Positions 38,536 through 51,300 of a stretch of 64,000 nucleotides of DNA are shown here, piece after piece. The notes beneath the pieces were generated by a model. It was not told the origin of the DNA. It saw nothing but the letters and a program-made list of their open reading frames with translations, and searched no databases. The stretch is from assembly GCF_963921235.1 (NCBI RefSeq), contig NC_086097.1, positions 228,224,001 through 228,288,000 on the forward strand, written 5' to 3'. Made by a program: the position numbers and the translations under genes. Numbering within the stretch: position 1 is the stretch's first letter; each line of letters starts with the position of its first letter. This stretch comes from Mobula hypostoma (taxonomy: Eukaryota).

Positions 38536-40178
38536 TTGTAAGTTCTAGCATATTATGATCACTGTCTCCTAAGGGCTCTTTTACCTTAAGCTCTGGTTCA
38601 TTACACAACACCCAGTCCAGAATTTCTTTTCCCCTAGTGGGCTTAACCAAAGCTGCTTGAAAAAGCCATCTTGTAGGTATTCTACAAATTCCTTCCCTTG
38701 GGATCCAGCGCTAACCTGATTTTCCCAATCTACCTGCGTATTGAAATCCCCCATGACTATTGTAACATTGCCCTTTTCACATGCTTTGTAGCTCTCCCAT
38801 TGTAATTTATATTCCACATCCTGGGTACTGTTTGGAGGTCTGTATATAACTCCCTTTAGGGTCTTTTTACCCTTGCAGTTTCTTAACTCTACCCATAAGG
38901 ATTCTTCATCTTCCCTTTTCCCTTCTGAGCTTCAGAGCCAGCCACAGTGCCACTGGCTTGGTCACTGCTGCTGTACCCTGATATGTCATCCTCCTCAGCA
39001 TTATCCAAAGGGGATATTTGTCCCTGAGGGGAATAGGGGAACCCAGCGCTGACTGCGTACTCTCCTTGCTTATCCTGGTGTCACCCATCTACTATCTGAA
39101 GCCTGCACTCTGGGTGTGACGATCTCAGTAAAAGTCTTGTGTATAAGGTTTTCAGCCTTCTGTATAGTCCTGAATATATCTAGCTCAAGGTCCACTTCCT
39201 TGACCTTGTCAGTCAAGAGTTGAAGTTGGATGTTCTTATTGCAGATGTAATCATCCGGGAGACCATTAGGTAACTCTGCAATTCCATATCTTACAGGACA
39301 AACATTCCACTGTCTTAGCACTATCCTATCTACACTTATCATACTTTTGGCTCTAACTTCTTGGGCTTGAGTTCTGCAATCATCTAAATGATTCAGAATG
39401 ACTCAGCACCCATAGCCGCCACCTGTTCTCAGTGAAGCCTATTGAGCCAAAGCCTGACAACTCCAACACTGTCCTACTCCAACGGAGACCGCTCTGCTTA
39501 CACCTCACTTCTTTTTAATTGGCCTTTATTAAGTTACTCATAGCACAAGTAATCTCCTGCTTGGCAGACAAAATGAAGTACATAATACCAAAGGATTAAT
39601 GACTAAGCATTAACTTTATTCACTATATACATTCAGATGTGGCGTGTTGGCACTGTGAGAGTGTGGAATGAGCAGCCAGCACAAGTGGTCCATGTGAGCT
39701 CGATTTCAAAGTTTAAGAGAAGTTTGGATAGGTACGTGGATGGTAGCGGTATGGAGGGCTGTGGTCCCAGTGCAGGTCAATGGGAGTAGGCAGTTTCAAT
39801 GGTTTTGCCATGGGCTAGATGGGCTGAAGGGCCTGCTTCTGTGCTGTATTTTTCTGACTCTGATATATGACAAAAAATATTTAACAATTGCAAAGAATTA
39901 TATAAGTTAAAAGTATAGAAATAGAATAAAATGTGCATGAATACATAATGCCTACTGGGGTATGGGCCACTGACAGCAGCTTGGGTTAGTCTTTCAAGTT
40001 ATCACAGGTGTAGCCCATCTTGTCCTTCCTCTCCCAGGGATGAGCTCCTTGGAGCTCCTTTTGGCATTTCTGTAGCATTTCAAGGTTTTCACAGGATGGG
40101 TTTGCCAGTCTCATGTTCAGCCCTTCTCTTTTCACTGCCAGGCTTGGGACCCTCAGTGGTAGAGTTCTGAATACATAA

Positions 40179-40680
40179 TTCCTCTTCTTCTTCATGTGCC
40201 TTGTGCGTTACACGCTTGGGTGATCATGGCTCTCCACAGTGAATGATCCCATGCAGCGTCAATGATATCTCGTACAGTTAGATCTGCTAGTTCTTTCACA
40301 GTGTCCATATATTTTCTTCTATGCCTTCCTCTTCCGTGTTTCCCAGGCATACGACCTTGTAATGTAAGGCATTCAATTTCTCCCTTTCTGATGACATGGC
40401 CCAGGAATTTAAGTTTTCTCTTATTTAATGTTCTCATTAAAGATCTTTTCGTATGGGCACGTTGGAACTGTCTCATAAGTTACCCTCTGTCTATATGATA
40501 TTTTCAACATTCTTCTAAGAAACCACATTTCTGTTGCTTGTAAGTTTCTTTAGAGTTCTAGTGTTATAGTTCATGTTTCAGAAGCATAGAACAAGATTGA
40601 CCAGATTGACATTTTAGTAGCCGCAGCCTTGTCTGTTGGTAAAAATGGGTTTCACTTTTTGGAAGTTGGTTTTGGCAATG
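40179..40680 (-). mobile_element. RTE-clade LINE 3' fragment
   Basis: KRKLKFLGHVIRK...LTLQGRMPGKHGRGRHRRKYMD, a (gaa)n tail, and TSD gaatacataa (40169-40178 / 40681-40690). Confidence 0.85.
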
Positions 40681-41029
40681 GAATACATAAATACCAACAT
40701 ATATTCACAATGTAAGCAGCACTATAAAAAGCGGCTTAAAGTGTTTACAGTGCAGTGTCTGATGTAATAGAGGAGGGTGACAGCTAACTAAAATGACTGA
40801 TTAGGTTTTAAAAATTACAACAATTTTTCCAACTCTTATTCCTTGACATGGAGATAATGTGTCGTTTTTAGTGGTGTAGATTCATTTTGGTGTAGTTTTT
40901 TTCAAAATTTTAATGTTGGTGTAGAGCATCTGACTTGTTGCCCATGATTGACAGAGAAACCCCCACCCCTCCCCCAGTTTCCTTGGGCTGCATAAGAATA
41001 AGGAATATACACTCTAATCCTGCCAAACC

Positions 41030-42191
41030 CAGACATCCCACCTCTCCCGGAACTTCCCGGAGTCTCCCGCATATTAATAGCGGCTCCCTGATGCCCGCAA
41101 ATTATATACAATATCATGGAAATCTTTTTTTTTGAGAGCAAGCGAGAGAAAAGCAAGAGAGAGCACGAGAGAGAAAACAAGCAAGAGCGAGAAAGCGAGA
41201 GAGAGAGAGCGAGCGAGAGAGGGAGAGAAAGTGAGTGAGCGAGTGAACGAGAAAGTGAGAGAGGGAGAGAAAGCGAGAGAGAGCGAGCGAGAGAGGGAGA
41301 GAAAGCGAGAGAGGGAGAGAAAGCGAGTGAGCGAGAAAGTGAGAGAGAGAGCGAGTGAGAAAGCGAGCGAGAGAGGGAGAGAAAGCGAGTGAGCGAGAAA
41401 GCGAGAGAGCGAGTGAGAAAGCGAGCGAGAGGGAGAGAAAGCGAGTGAGTGAGAAAGCGAGTGAGAAAGCGAGCGAGAGAGGGAGAGAAAGCGAGTGAGC
41501 GAGAAAGAGAGAGAGAGCGAGCGAGAGAGGGAGAGAAAGCGAGAGAGGGAGAGAGCGAGAGAGGGAGAGAGCGAGAGAGGGAGAGAAAGCGAGTGAGCGA
41601 GAAAGCGAGAGAGCGAGTGAGAAAGCGAGCGAGAGAGGGAGAGAAAGCGAGTGAGCAAGAAAGCGAGAGAGAGAGAGAGCGAGCGCAAAAGGAAACGAGA
41701 GAGGGAGAGAGAAAGCAAGCGAGAGCGCTTGAGAGTGCGCGAGCAACCATGAGAGAGAGAGAGAGCGAGCGAGTGAGAGCGAAAGGAAGCGAGGGAGGGA
41801 GAGAGTGCGTGAACAACCACGAGAGGGAGAGGGAGAGCGCGAGTGAGAGTGCGCCATTGTAGAGTGTTCCAAAAAATATATAAAACGTACGTCACCCCAG
41901 ACTACACTAAACTGTACCTCTGCCTAATAGGGGTCAAAATAATGACAGTGTTGCTCACTGCACTGTTTGCAACAGTAACTTTTCTATTGCCCATGGTGGG
42001 TTAAGACTGTAAAAGGCATGTTGAGGTGAGTTTAACAGGTGTCATTTGTTCATTAGCATAGCTAACGTTATTTAAACTAGCTGACCAGCTGCTAAGGAGC
42101 TACTCTATTGCAGACATCCCACCTCTCCCGGGAGTCTCCCACAAATTGATGGTGCTACCTCCCTGAAATGAGTTTTTGCAGGGTGGGATGT
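41030..42191. mobile_element. Putative non-autonomous DNA transposon containing a GA-rich satellite
   Basis: Left end cagacatcccacc; right end ggtgggatgt, truncated by a CR1. Internal direct repeat cagacatcccacctctcccgg (41030, 42111). Confidence 0.5.
41133..41852 (+). repeat. Complex polypurine (GA-rich) micro/minisatellite
   Basis: About 720 bp of gagagaaagcgagtgagcgaga-type units, with an almost pure purine strand. Confidence 0.95.
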
Positions 42192-42523
42192 ACAAAATAA
42201 GAGGAATAGATAGAGTCGATAGCCAGCGCCTCTTCTCCAGGGCACCACTACTCAATACAAGGGGACATGGCTTTAAGGTAAGGGGTGGGAAGTTCAAGGG
42301 GGATATTAGAGAAAGGTTTTTTACTCAGAGAGTGGTTGGTACGTGGAATGCACTGCCTGAGTCAGTGGTGGAGGCAGATACACTAGTGAAGTTTAAGAGA
42401 CTACTAGACAGGTATATGGAGGAATTTAAGGTGGGGGCTTATATGGGAGGCAGGGTTTGAGGGTCGGCACAACATTGTGGGCTGAAGGGCCTGTACTGCT
42501 GTACTATTCTATGTTCTATGTTC
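42190..42523 (+). mobile_element. Young CR1 3' end, near-identical to about 13795-14130
   Basis: RGIDRVDSQRLF.RAPLLNTRGHGFKV...GAYMGGRV, followed by a ttctatg tail. Confidence 0.9.
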
Positions 42524-43419
42524 AAACCCATGAGATGGCACTTCCACCCTAAACCCCAGTTTGTATGGATACTGTGTAATTTGCTACCCTGTTACAAATT
42601 CAGTGCTAAGGAATAACGGACAGCACACTACATAAGGTTAAAGGAATTATATCTCTTAACTAAAGGGTTAGTAAAGAGAAGAAAGAAAAAAAATTAAAAG
42701 CAGCCCATTATAATTAAGCAGTCAAACGTTCACAAGTTGGAGCTCAACGTTCCCAAAAGTCATATTCACCGATCCTTAGTCGACTGCAGACCCTTGCTGC
42801 ATCGAATCACGGTCCCCCAGCAGGTCAAATCCTACCACCGGTTCTCTCCAGTGCCTGCCCTTTTCTGAACAAAAGACCCAGCTCAAATTCCAAAGCACCT
42901 GTTAATCTCTAACCATAACCCGAACACTGCTTCAACAGAAAGACCAGTGAAACAGTTAGCAGTGAAACTTTTTCCAGAGTTACGTTCTTCACCCCAGCAA
43001 AATTAGTCATGTCCACATGAGTCTGAGATAATTTGCCACCCCTTCATACAAAGCACAAAGTCCAACCCAGGTGTAAATGGCAGTGACATAGGTCACCAAG
43101 GGGATAGGTGCCACACTCTGTTCCCCGTATGTTTGCCTGGGGGTCTCCTGACTCTGGGACCTCCTTACCCCATCATCTACTTCTTCAGCTTCAGACACTC
43201 CCTGGGCTCTTTCCTGTCTTCCTGGGAAGGCCCCTGCCTGTCCATTACTTGTACCTCCGGACAGCTCAGGTCCCTTCGTCACTTGGCTGAGCTCACCCCA
43301 TGCCCAGTTACTTTACAGTCCAGCCTCCTGTTATTTTCTAGCCACAAACCTGCCTGTCCACTGCCAGTTCCCTCCTCCCCATTTCACTTGCCTCAGCGTA
43401 AGAAGGGTTCAGAATCTTT

Positions 43420-44535
43420 TAGAACCATAGAACACTACAGCAAAGAAAACAGGCTATTTGGCCCTTCTAGTCTGTGCTGGAACATTATTCCACTAGTCCC
43501 ATTGACCTGCATCCAGTCCAAAACCCTCCAGACCTCTCCCATCCATGTACCCATCCAATTTATTCTTAAAACTTAAGAGTGAGCCTGCATTTACCATGTC
43601 AGATGGCAGCTCGTTCTACACTCCCACCACTCTCTGAGTGAAGAAGTTCCCCCTAATGTTCCCCCCAAACCTTTCCCCTTTCACCCTAAAGCCATGTCCT
43701 CTCATATTTATCTCTCCTAATCTAAGTGGAAAGAGCCTGTTCACATTTACTCTGTCTATACCCCTCATTATTTTGTAAACCTCTATCAAATCCCCCCTCC
43801 AAGGAATAAAGTCCTAACCTGTTCTATGCTCCAAGGAATAAATTCCTAACCTGTTCAATCTTTCCCTGTAACTCAACTCCTGAAAGCCCAGCAACATCCT
43901 AGTAAATCTTCTCTGCACTCTTTCAATCTAACTGATATGCTTCCTATAGTTAGGTGACCAGAACTGTGCACAATACTCCAAATTTGGCCTCACCAATGTC
44001 TTATACAACCTCACCATAACATCCGAACTCCTATACTCAGTACTTTGATTTATGAATACCAGGATGCTAAAAGCCTTCTTTACAACCCTGTCTACCTGTG
44101 ATGCCACTTTCAGGGAATTATGTATCTGAACTCCCAGATCTCTTTGTTCCTCTGCACTCCTCAGTGCCCTACCATTTACTGTGTATGTCCTACCTTGATT
44201 TGTCCTTCCAAAATGCAACACCTCACACTTATCTGCATTAAATTCCATCTGCCATTTTCTGGCCCATTTTTCCAGTTGGTCCAGATCCCCCTGCAAGCTT
44301 TGAAAGCCTTCCTTTCTGTCCACAACACCTCCAATCTTAGTGTCATCAGCAAACTTGCTGATCCAATTTACCACATTATTATCTAGATCATTGATATAGA
44401 CAACAAACAACAATGATACCAGCACAGATCCTTGAGGCACACCACTAGTCACAGGCCTCCAGTCTGATAAGCAATCATCCGCTACTACTCTCTGTCTTCT
44501 CCCACACAGCCAATTCGAATCCAGTTTATCAATTA
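43420..44535 (-). mobile_element. 5'-truncated CR1 inside the Gypsy element
   Basis: RT motifs within ORF 43928-44776, and a catagaa tail. Confidence 0.9.
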
Positions 44536-45754
44536 TAAGGGAGTTTGCGAAGGGCAGCATATACCGCACCCTCATTTCCTCAACCTCCGAGTCCTTATCG
44601 CATTCGGGTGGGGTCCAATCTGATCCTTCCCGCTGCTGGTCCATCGGTTCCCCCATGTCGCCATAGAGTTCTCTTACCAGGTGTAGGGCCCAGCTCAGGC
44701 TCTGGGTCAACACGTACCTCTTGTCCCAAAGGTAGAACGTGGTTCTGATTGAAAATCTTGACAAGTCCCTTCCCATCCTCTGGTTTCACCTGGAAAACTG
44801 GTACTTTGGCATCTGACTCTCCACTACATTGGGTGTAGCCACCCAGCGATCAGCCAACTTGTGTTTCCCAGGTAGCCCCAAATTCTTTATGCGGACTCCG
44901 TCTCCGGGTATCAGTTGGGAGAACCTAACCTTTTGATCGTACCTCTTCTTATTTCCTTTATTCTGCTTAGAGCCAAGACCTCAGCTAGTTCATAAGCCTT
45001 TTTCAGCTCCCTTCTCATATCAGACACAGACTTCAGATAAGTCTTCTGTTGTAGATCTTCCCCACCAGTCCCAAAACAGAGGTCAACAGGTAACTTTACT
45101 TCGCACCTGAACATCAGATAATACGAGTACCCGGTAGCATTATGCTGTGTACAGTTGTAGCAGTGGACCAGATGTCCAATATGTTGGCTCCACTGGTTCT
45201 TTTTACTGATCCCCAACGTTCTGAGCATATCTAAGAAGGTCCAATTGAACCTTTCGGACTGGGGATCACCCTGTGGCTGAGAAGGCGTAGTCCTTGACTT
45301 CTCAACTCCAAACATACTCAGTATCTCCTGTATGAGCCTACTCTTGAAATCCAGTTCCAGATCGCAATGTATCCCCCTGGGGAGGCCATAATCAATGAAA
45401 TACTTCTCCCATAACACTTTGGCCACGGTGGACGCTCTCTATTCCATGGTAGGGAAGGAATACGCATGTCTGGTGTAGTGATCCGTAATAAGACATTTGC
45501 CATGTTGCTGGCATCAGGCTGTATTGATAGGAAATCCATGCACATCAGATCAAGTAGCCCTGCATGCTGCAAGTGGAATAACGGAGCAGCCCTCGCAGGC
45601 AGTGTCTTGCTCCATGTACGTCAAATGCACAATTTGCAGTACTGTTCGACCTCCGGTTTCATTCGGGGCCAGTAGAACGAAATCTGAGCAATGAATAGGT
45701 CTTGTCAACCCCCAAATGGCTGGAATCATCATGAAGTGACTTCAACACAATCCT

Positions 45755-48362
45755 ATAAGACCATAAGATGTAGGAGCAGAATTAGGCCATTCAGTCTATT
45801 GAGTCTGCTCTACCTTTCAATCATGGGCTGATCCAATTCTTCCGGTCATCCCCACTCCCCATACCCTTTGATGCTCTGGCTAATTAAGAACTTATCTATC
45901 TCTGCTTTAAATAAACCCAATGACTTGGCCTCCACAGCCGTTTGTGACAACAAATTCCACAGATTTACCACCCTCTGACTAAAGTAATTTCTCCTCATCT
46001 CTGTTCTAAATGGATGTCCTTCAATCCTAAAGTCATGCCCTCTTGTCCTAAACTCCCCTGCCATGGGAAATAACTTTCCTATATCTAATCTGTTCAGGCC
46101 TTTTAACATTCGGAATGTTTCTATGAGATTCTCCCTCATTCTCCTGAACTGCAGGGAATACAGCCCAAGAGCTGCCAGACGTTCCTCATACGGGAACACT
46201 TTCATTCCTGGAGTCATTCTCGTGAATCTTCTCTGAACCCTCTCCAATGTCAGTATATCCTTTCTAAAATAAGGAGCCCAAAACTGCACACAATACTCCA
46301 AGTGTGGTCTCACGAGTGCCTTATAGAGTCTCAGCATAACATCCCTGCTCTTATGTTCTATACCTCAAAATGAACGACAACATTACATTCACCTTCTTCA
46401 CCACCGACTCAACCTGGAGGTTAACCTTTTGCATCTCTGCGTTTTGAATTCTCTCCCCGTCTAAATAATAGTCTGCCCGTTTATTTCTTCCACCAAAGTG
46501 TATGACCATACACTTTCATTTGCCACTTCTTTGCCCATTCCCCTAAACTATCTCTCTGCAGGCTCTCTTGTTTCCTCAACACTACCTCATCCTCCATCTA
46601 TCTTTGTATCATGGGCAAATTTAGCCACAAATCCATTAAACCCATAGTCCAAAACACTGACATACATCATAAAAAGCAGTGGTCCCAACACCGACCCCTG
46701 TGGATCTCCACTGGCAACCGGCAGCCAGCCAGAATAGGATCCCTTTATTCCCACTCTCTGTTTTCTGCAGATCAGCCACTGCTCCACCCATGCTAGTAAC
46801 TTCCCTGTAATTTCATGGGCTCTTACCTTGCTAAGCAGCCTCATGTACAGCACCTTATCAAAGTCCTTCTGAAAATCCAAGTACACCATGTCTACTGCAT
46901 CTCCTTTGTCAGGCAGGATTTTCCTTTCAGGAAACCATGCTGGTTTTGGCCTATCTTGTCATGTGCCTCCAGGTACACCGTAATCTCATCCCTAACAATC
47001 GATTCCAACAACTTCCCAACCACTGATGTCAAGCTAACAGGTCTATTAGTTTCTGCTGCCTCCAACCCTTCTTAAATAGCGGAATAACATTTGCAATTTT
47101 CCAGTCATACAGTGCAATGCCAGAATTTATCGGTTCTTGAAAGATCATTGTTAATGCCTCCGCAACCTCTCCAGCTGCTTCCTTCAGAACCTGAGGATGC
47201 ATTCCATCAGGTCCAGGAGATTTATCGACCCTCAGATCATTAAGCTCCTGAGCACCTTCTCAGTCGTAATTTTCACTGCACATACTTCACTTCCCTGACA
47301 CTCTTGAATGTCCGAGATACTGCAAATGTCTTCCACTGTGAAGACTGGTGCAAATACACATTCAGTTCCTCTGCCATCTCTGTGTCTCTCATTACGATAT
47401 CTCCAGCGGCATTTTCTATTGGTCCTATATCTACCCTTGACTCTCTTTTACCCTTTGTATACTTAAAAATGCTTTTAGTATCTTCTTTGATATTAGTCAC
47501 TAGCTTCCTTTCATAATTCATAATTTGCTTCCTAATGACCTTCTTAGTTTCCTTCTGCAAGTTTTTAAAAGCTTCTCAATCCTCCATCTTCCCACTAGCT
47601 TTGGCTTCCTTGTATGCCCTCTCTTTTGCTTTTACTTTGGCTCTGACTTCACTTGTCAACCACGGTAGTGTCCTTCTTCCATTCAAACATTTCTTCTTAT
47701 TTGGAATGTATCTATCTTGAACTTCCCTCATCTTTCACAGAAACTCCAGTCATTGTTGCTCTGCTGACCTTCCTGGTAGTGTCCCTTTCCAGTCAACTTT
47801 GGCTAGTTCCCCTCTCACGCCATTGTAATTTCCTTTATTCCACTGAAATACTGACACATTGGATTTTAATTTCTCCTTCTCAAATTTCAAAGTGAACTCG
47901 ATCATATTGTGATCACTGTTCCCTAAGGATTCATTAACCTTAAGCCCTCTTGTCATCTCCAGATCATTGCACAATACCCAATCCAACACAGCCGATCCCC
48001 TAGTGGGCTCAACTACAAGCCGTTCTAAAAAGCCATCCCTTAGTCATTTTACAAATTCTCTTTCTTGAGGCCCAATACTGAGCTGGTTTTGCCAATCCAC
48101 TTTAAGTTTAAAATCCCCAACGATTGTCATGACATTGCCCTTCTGACACACCTTTTCTATATCCTGCTACAATTTTGTATTCCACATCCTGGCTGCTGTA
48201 TGGAGGCCTGTATACAACTGCTATTAGGGTCCTTTTACCCTTGCCATTTCTTAACTCAACCCATCGAGATTCTACACCTTCTGATCCTCTGTCATCCCTT
48301 CCTAATGACTTAATGTTACTTCTTATACATGGGGCCACACCACCCTCTCTGCCTACTAGCTT
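45755..48362 (-). mobile_element. CR1 (APE and RT, degenerate) splitting the Gypsy integrase region
   Basis: Ordered CR1 ORF2 fragments. The Gypsy frame LVLPEKYRK|IVLKSLHDD resumes on the other side. Confidence 0.9.
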
Positions 48363-51300
48363 AACTTTCCGATACTTCTCAGGCAGAACCAGCTGGGAAT
48401 GCTGAGGCCGGTCTGGAAGCGACATAATCCGATATAGAATCTGGTTCTTCAACTCCAATCTGGGCCATTCTCTCAGTAGTAGAGACACCACAGAGTATTT
48501 CCTCATGTCTGCTTGGGCCATGTTCCCTTTCGCAACCACTGACGAAACAGTCATCTCACTGAGCGGCTGCCACTTCTCCAGGACTCAATTCTGACAACTG
48601 CTTCGTAGAGCAGTCAGGTTGTAGTAAGCTTGCGAAATGGTACCATCAGAAGCTCCCAAATGATCTACCGCTCGATTCTGTTCTTGCCCTTTCTCTGCCT
48701 TCACCAGGCTGGAAAACTGGAACATGGCTTTGACTCCAGGGGCAGGAATACTCTCATTCTCTTCCCCCTCTCCGTCCTTGTCCAACCCTTCATGCACACA
48801 TCAGGACAGCACGTCGACATCAATGTTCAAACTTCTCGGCTGGTACTTCAGGCTGAAATCATAGGCAGACAACACCGCCAACCACCGATGGCCTATGGCA
48901 TTCAATTTCACTGAGGTCACTATTTAAGTTAATGGGTTGTTGTCCATCCTCACCTTGAAGTTGGCGCCATATAGGTAGTCATTTAGCTTATCCACCACTT
49001 CAATTTGTGCGTGGGGTAGTTTCACTCAGAGGGTGACACTCCGGGTGACAAACGCAACTGGTCTCAACCCTCTGCCCTGATCCTGATACAGAACGCCCCT
49101 TAAGCCCTCTCTGCTGGCATCTGTTTGCAATACATATGGCAACCGTCTGTCTGCAAAAGCCAGCACAGGCGCTTTCGTCAGCAGCTCCTTCAACAACTGA
49201 GAGGGCTCTTCACATTTCTCATCCCATCTTGCTCCGAAACGCTAGGATAATCTTTACAATCCTCTCCTTTCATCCTCCTCCCTTCCTTCCCCAAGGGAGG
49301 GTAACTGCACAAAAGCTGATTTAAAGGGTGACTCACGAACCTCTGATAGTACCATCAGAGCCGAAGGACTGAGCGCAAGGCACTCACAGTCTGGAGTCTT
49401 GCCCATGTGGTTACTGCCTGTATCTTAGACTGATCCATAGCTACTACATCCCATGAGACTATGTGCCCAATGTAGTTGACAGACCTCTTGCCGAACTGGC
49501 ACTTGTCCAGGGAAAGTTTTAACAATTCAGCTTTCAGGGAGCCCAGTACCTTCAGTAGCCTCACTTCATGTTCCTCCAAGGTGGACCCGAACACTGCGAT
49601 CATCCAGGTACACCAATATCTCGAGGAAGTTCATATCCCGCACTGTTTTCTCCATGACACACTGGGAAGTCACTAGATTTCTTGATATGCCCTGGGGCAT
49701 CCTTTCAAACTGGAAGAACGCCAGTGGACATATGAATGTCAGCTACTCTTTGTCAGCCTCACTCTTGGGAACTGATAATACCCACTATTCAAGTCCAGCA
49801 CACTGAACCACTTCACACCACTCAAGCATGTCAGCGCGTCTTTGATTCTTGGGACTGTGATTGGGGTTTCTATGCCTGTTCAGAGTCCAATAGTTCACAC
49901 ACATCCCATTCTTCTTCCTGGCCACCACTATTGGAGATGCACGGGGGCTTCTGGACTCGGTGATGATCCCAGCTTCCTTTAGCTTCAGCAGATGTTGCCG
50001 AACATCTTTCACCTCTGCAGGCGCTAGCTGCCGTGACCTTTCTCTGAATGGGTTGTCACCCGGATAGTGTGGCGAGTGCTCTTGGAACAACTCACATCAA
50101 ACTCGTCGGTAGAAGAGACATCTTCCAGCTTCAACATCTTCTCTATCAACCTTTTCTTCCAACGCCCAGGTACTAGGGAGCCCCCAAAGTTGAATGACTC
50201 GGCAGTCAACTTCCCCTTTTTTGGAGAGAGTTTCTCCCCGACTTGTCTCACAGGGAGACTAGACGTTACTGTCACCAGAAAGAGGTGCACCATTGGCATC
50301 CCCACCTGAGGGTGACTTCCCTCTCCGAAGTGTTCTTGACAATCACTGTCATCCTATTCACCTGTACAATCGAGGGCTTCTGCAGGTAAGCATGACTCCT
50401 CTTCGTGGTCTTCTGGAGTATGCACTGAGGGCCTCAGCATCAGGCATACGGGGAAATTTGGGGTTTCCCGTCACTCTAGCTACTTCTCCAGGCCATAGTA
50501 CAACTGAGTACCACACAGTCCCTCAATAATGCTCATCATCCAGTCAGTGCAGCCACGCACTTCCTCAAAAGCACCTCAGAACACAGGGTGAAAGGGTAAT
50601 GTTTTCAGAAAGTTCTCTCCAACTTTCTCCTTGCAGGCTCTTACTAGCCTTCTCACAATAGCAGTATTTGTCCCCACAAGAATTGTCTTTTGCCCTTCTC
50701 GACTGGGTCCGGACAAACCAACATTAATTTATCAAGGACCTCAGCTACACCCACATCTGCCTCCAGAAACTCTAGCTTCAACGACAAGTAGCCATCGTAC
50801 AGATAGTCATCCATACTAAGACCCCAGATCCCTAGCGCATTGAGTGGCGTCAATGGTCAATGTGTCGAATACCAGTTGTAAAATGGATGGTACAGCAGAG
50901 TAACCTGAGAGCCGGTGTCAAGTATGGCTTTAGTATAAATCCGTACCGATAACTTGGAGCTTGGCCCCACTAAGCCTTCAGAAATAAGGTTTTTTGTTTT
51001 GGGTTGTTACTTGATATATTGCTGGGAACATGTTCCACCTGAGATGGCAGTCCATTCCCCCACAGGGTCTTTCTGCTTAGGTACCCAGGGGCTAACTCTC
51101 ACACGCCTGAAGTGTCACTGTTCACCACAGTTATAACAGACACTACCAGTTGCTCCCCTTCTCGCAGGATCCCGTTCATTAGTAGCCCTCTGCTTAGTCC
51201 ATCCCCTCGGGGGTCTGACTTCCTGTCTGCTTTGTGATGCGGGGTATCCGCACCCACTGATAACAACCAGGACGTCTCAGTTCTAAACTCTACCATGATC

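Larger units (their letters stand above)
26665..39540 (-). mobile_element. Old full-length CR1 fragmented by nested insertions
   Basis: 3' UTR at 26665-26825. RT/APE pieces at 27850-28032, 33658-35038, 37785-38060 and 38535-38905. ORF1-like piece at 39070-39342 (LPDDYICNK..QLQLLTDKVKEVDLELD). Confidence 0.75.

Noticed and set aside
40902..41895. Long ORFs of 252-304 aa (SLSLSR / ERERE-rich)
   Set aside because: Translations of a stop-free GA microsatellite, not genes.
43928..44776. 282-aa ORF resembling a novel fusion protein
   Set aside because: Chance read-through across a Gypsy/CR1 insertion junction; the same applies to 48108-48554 and 32620-32910.
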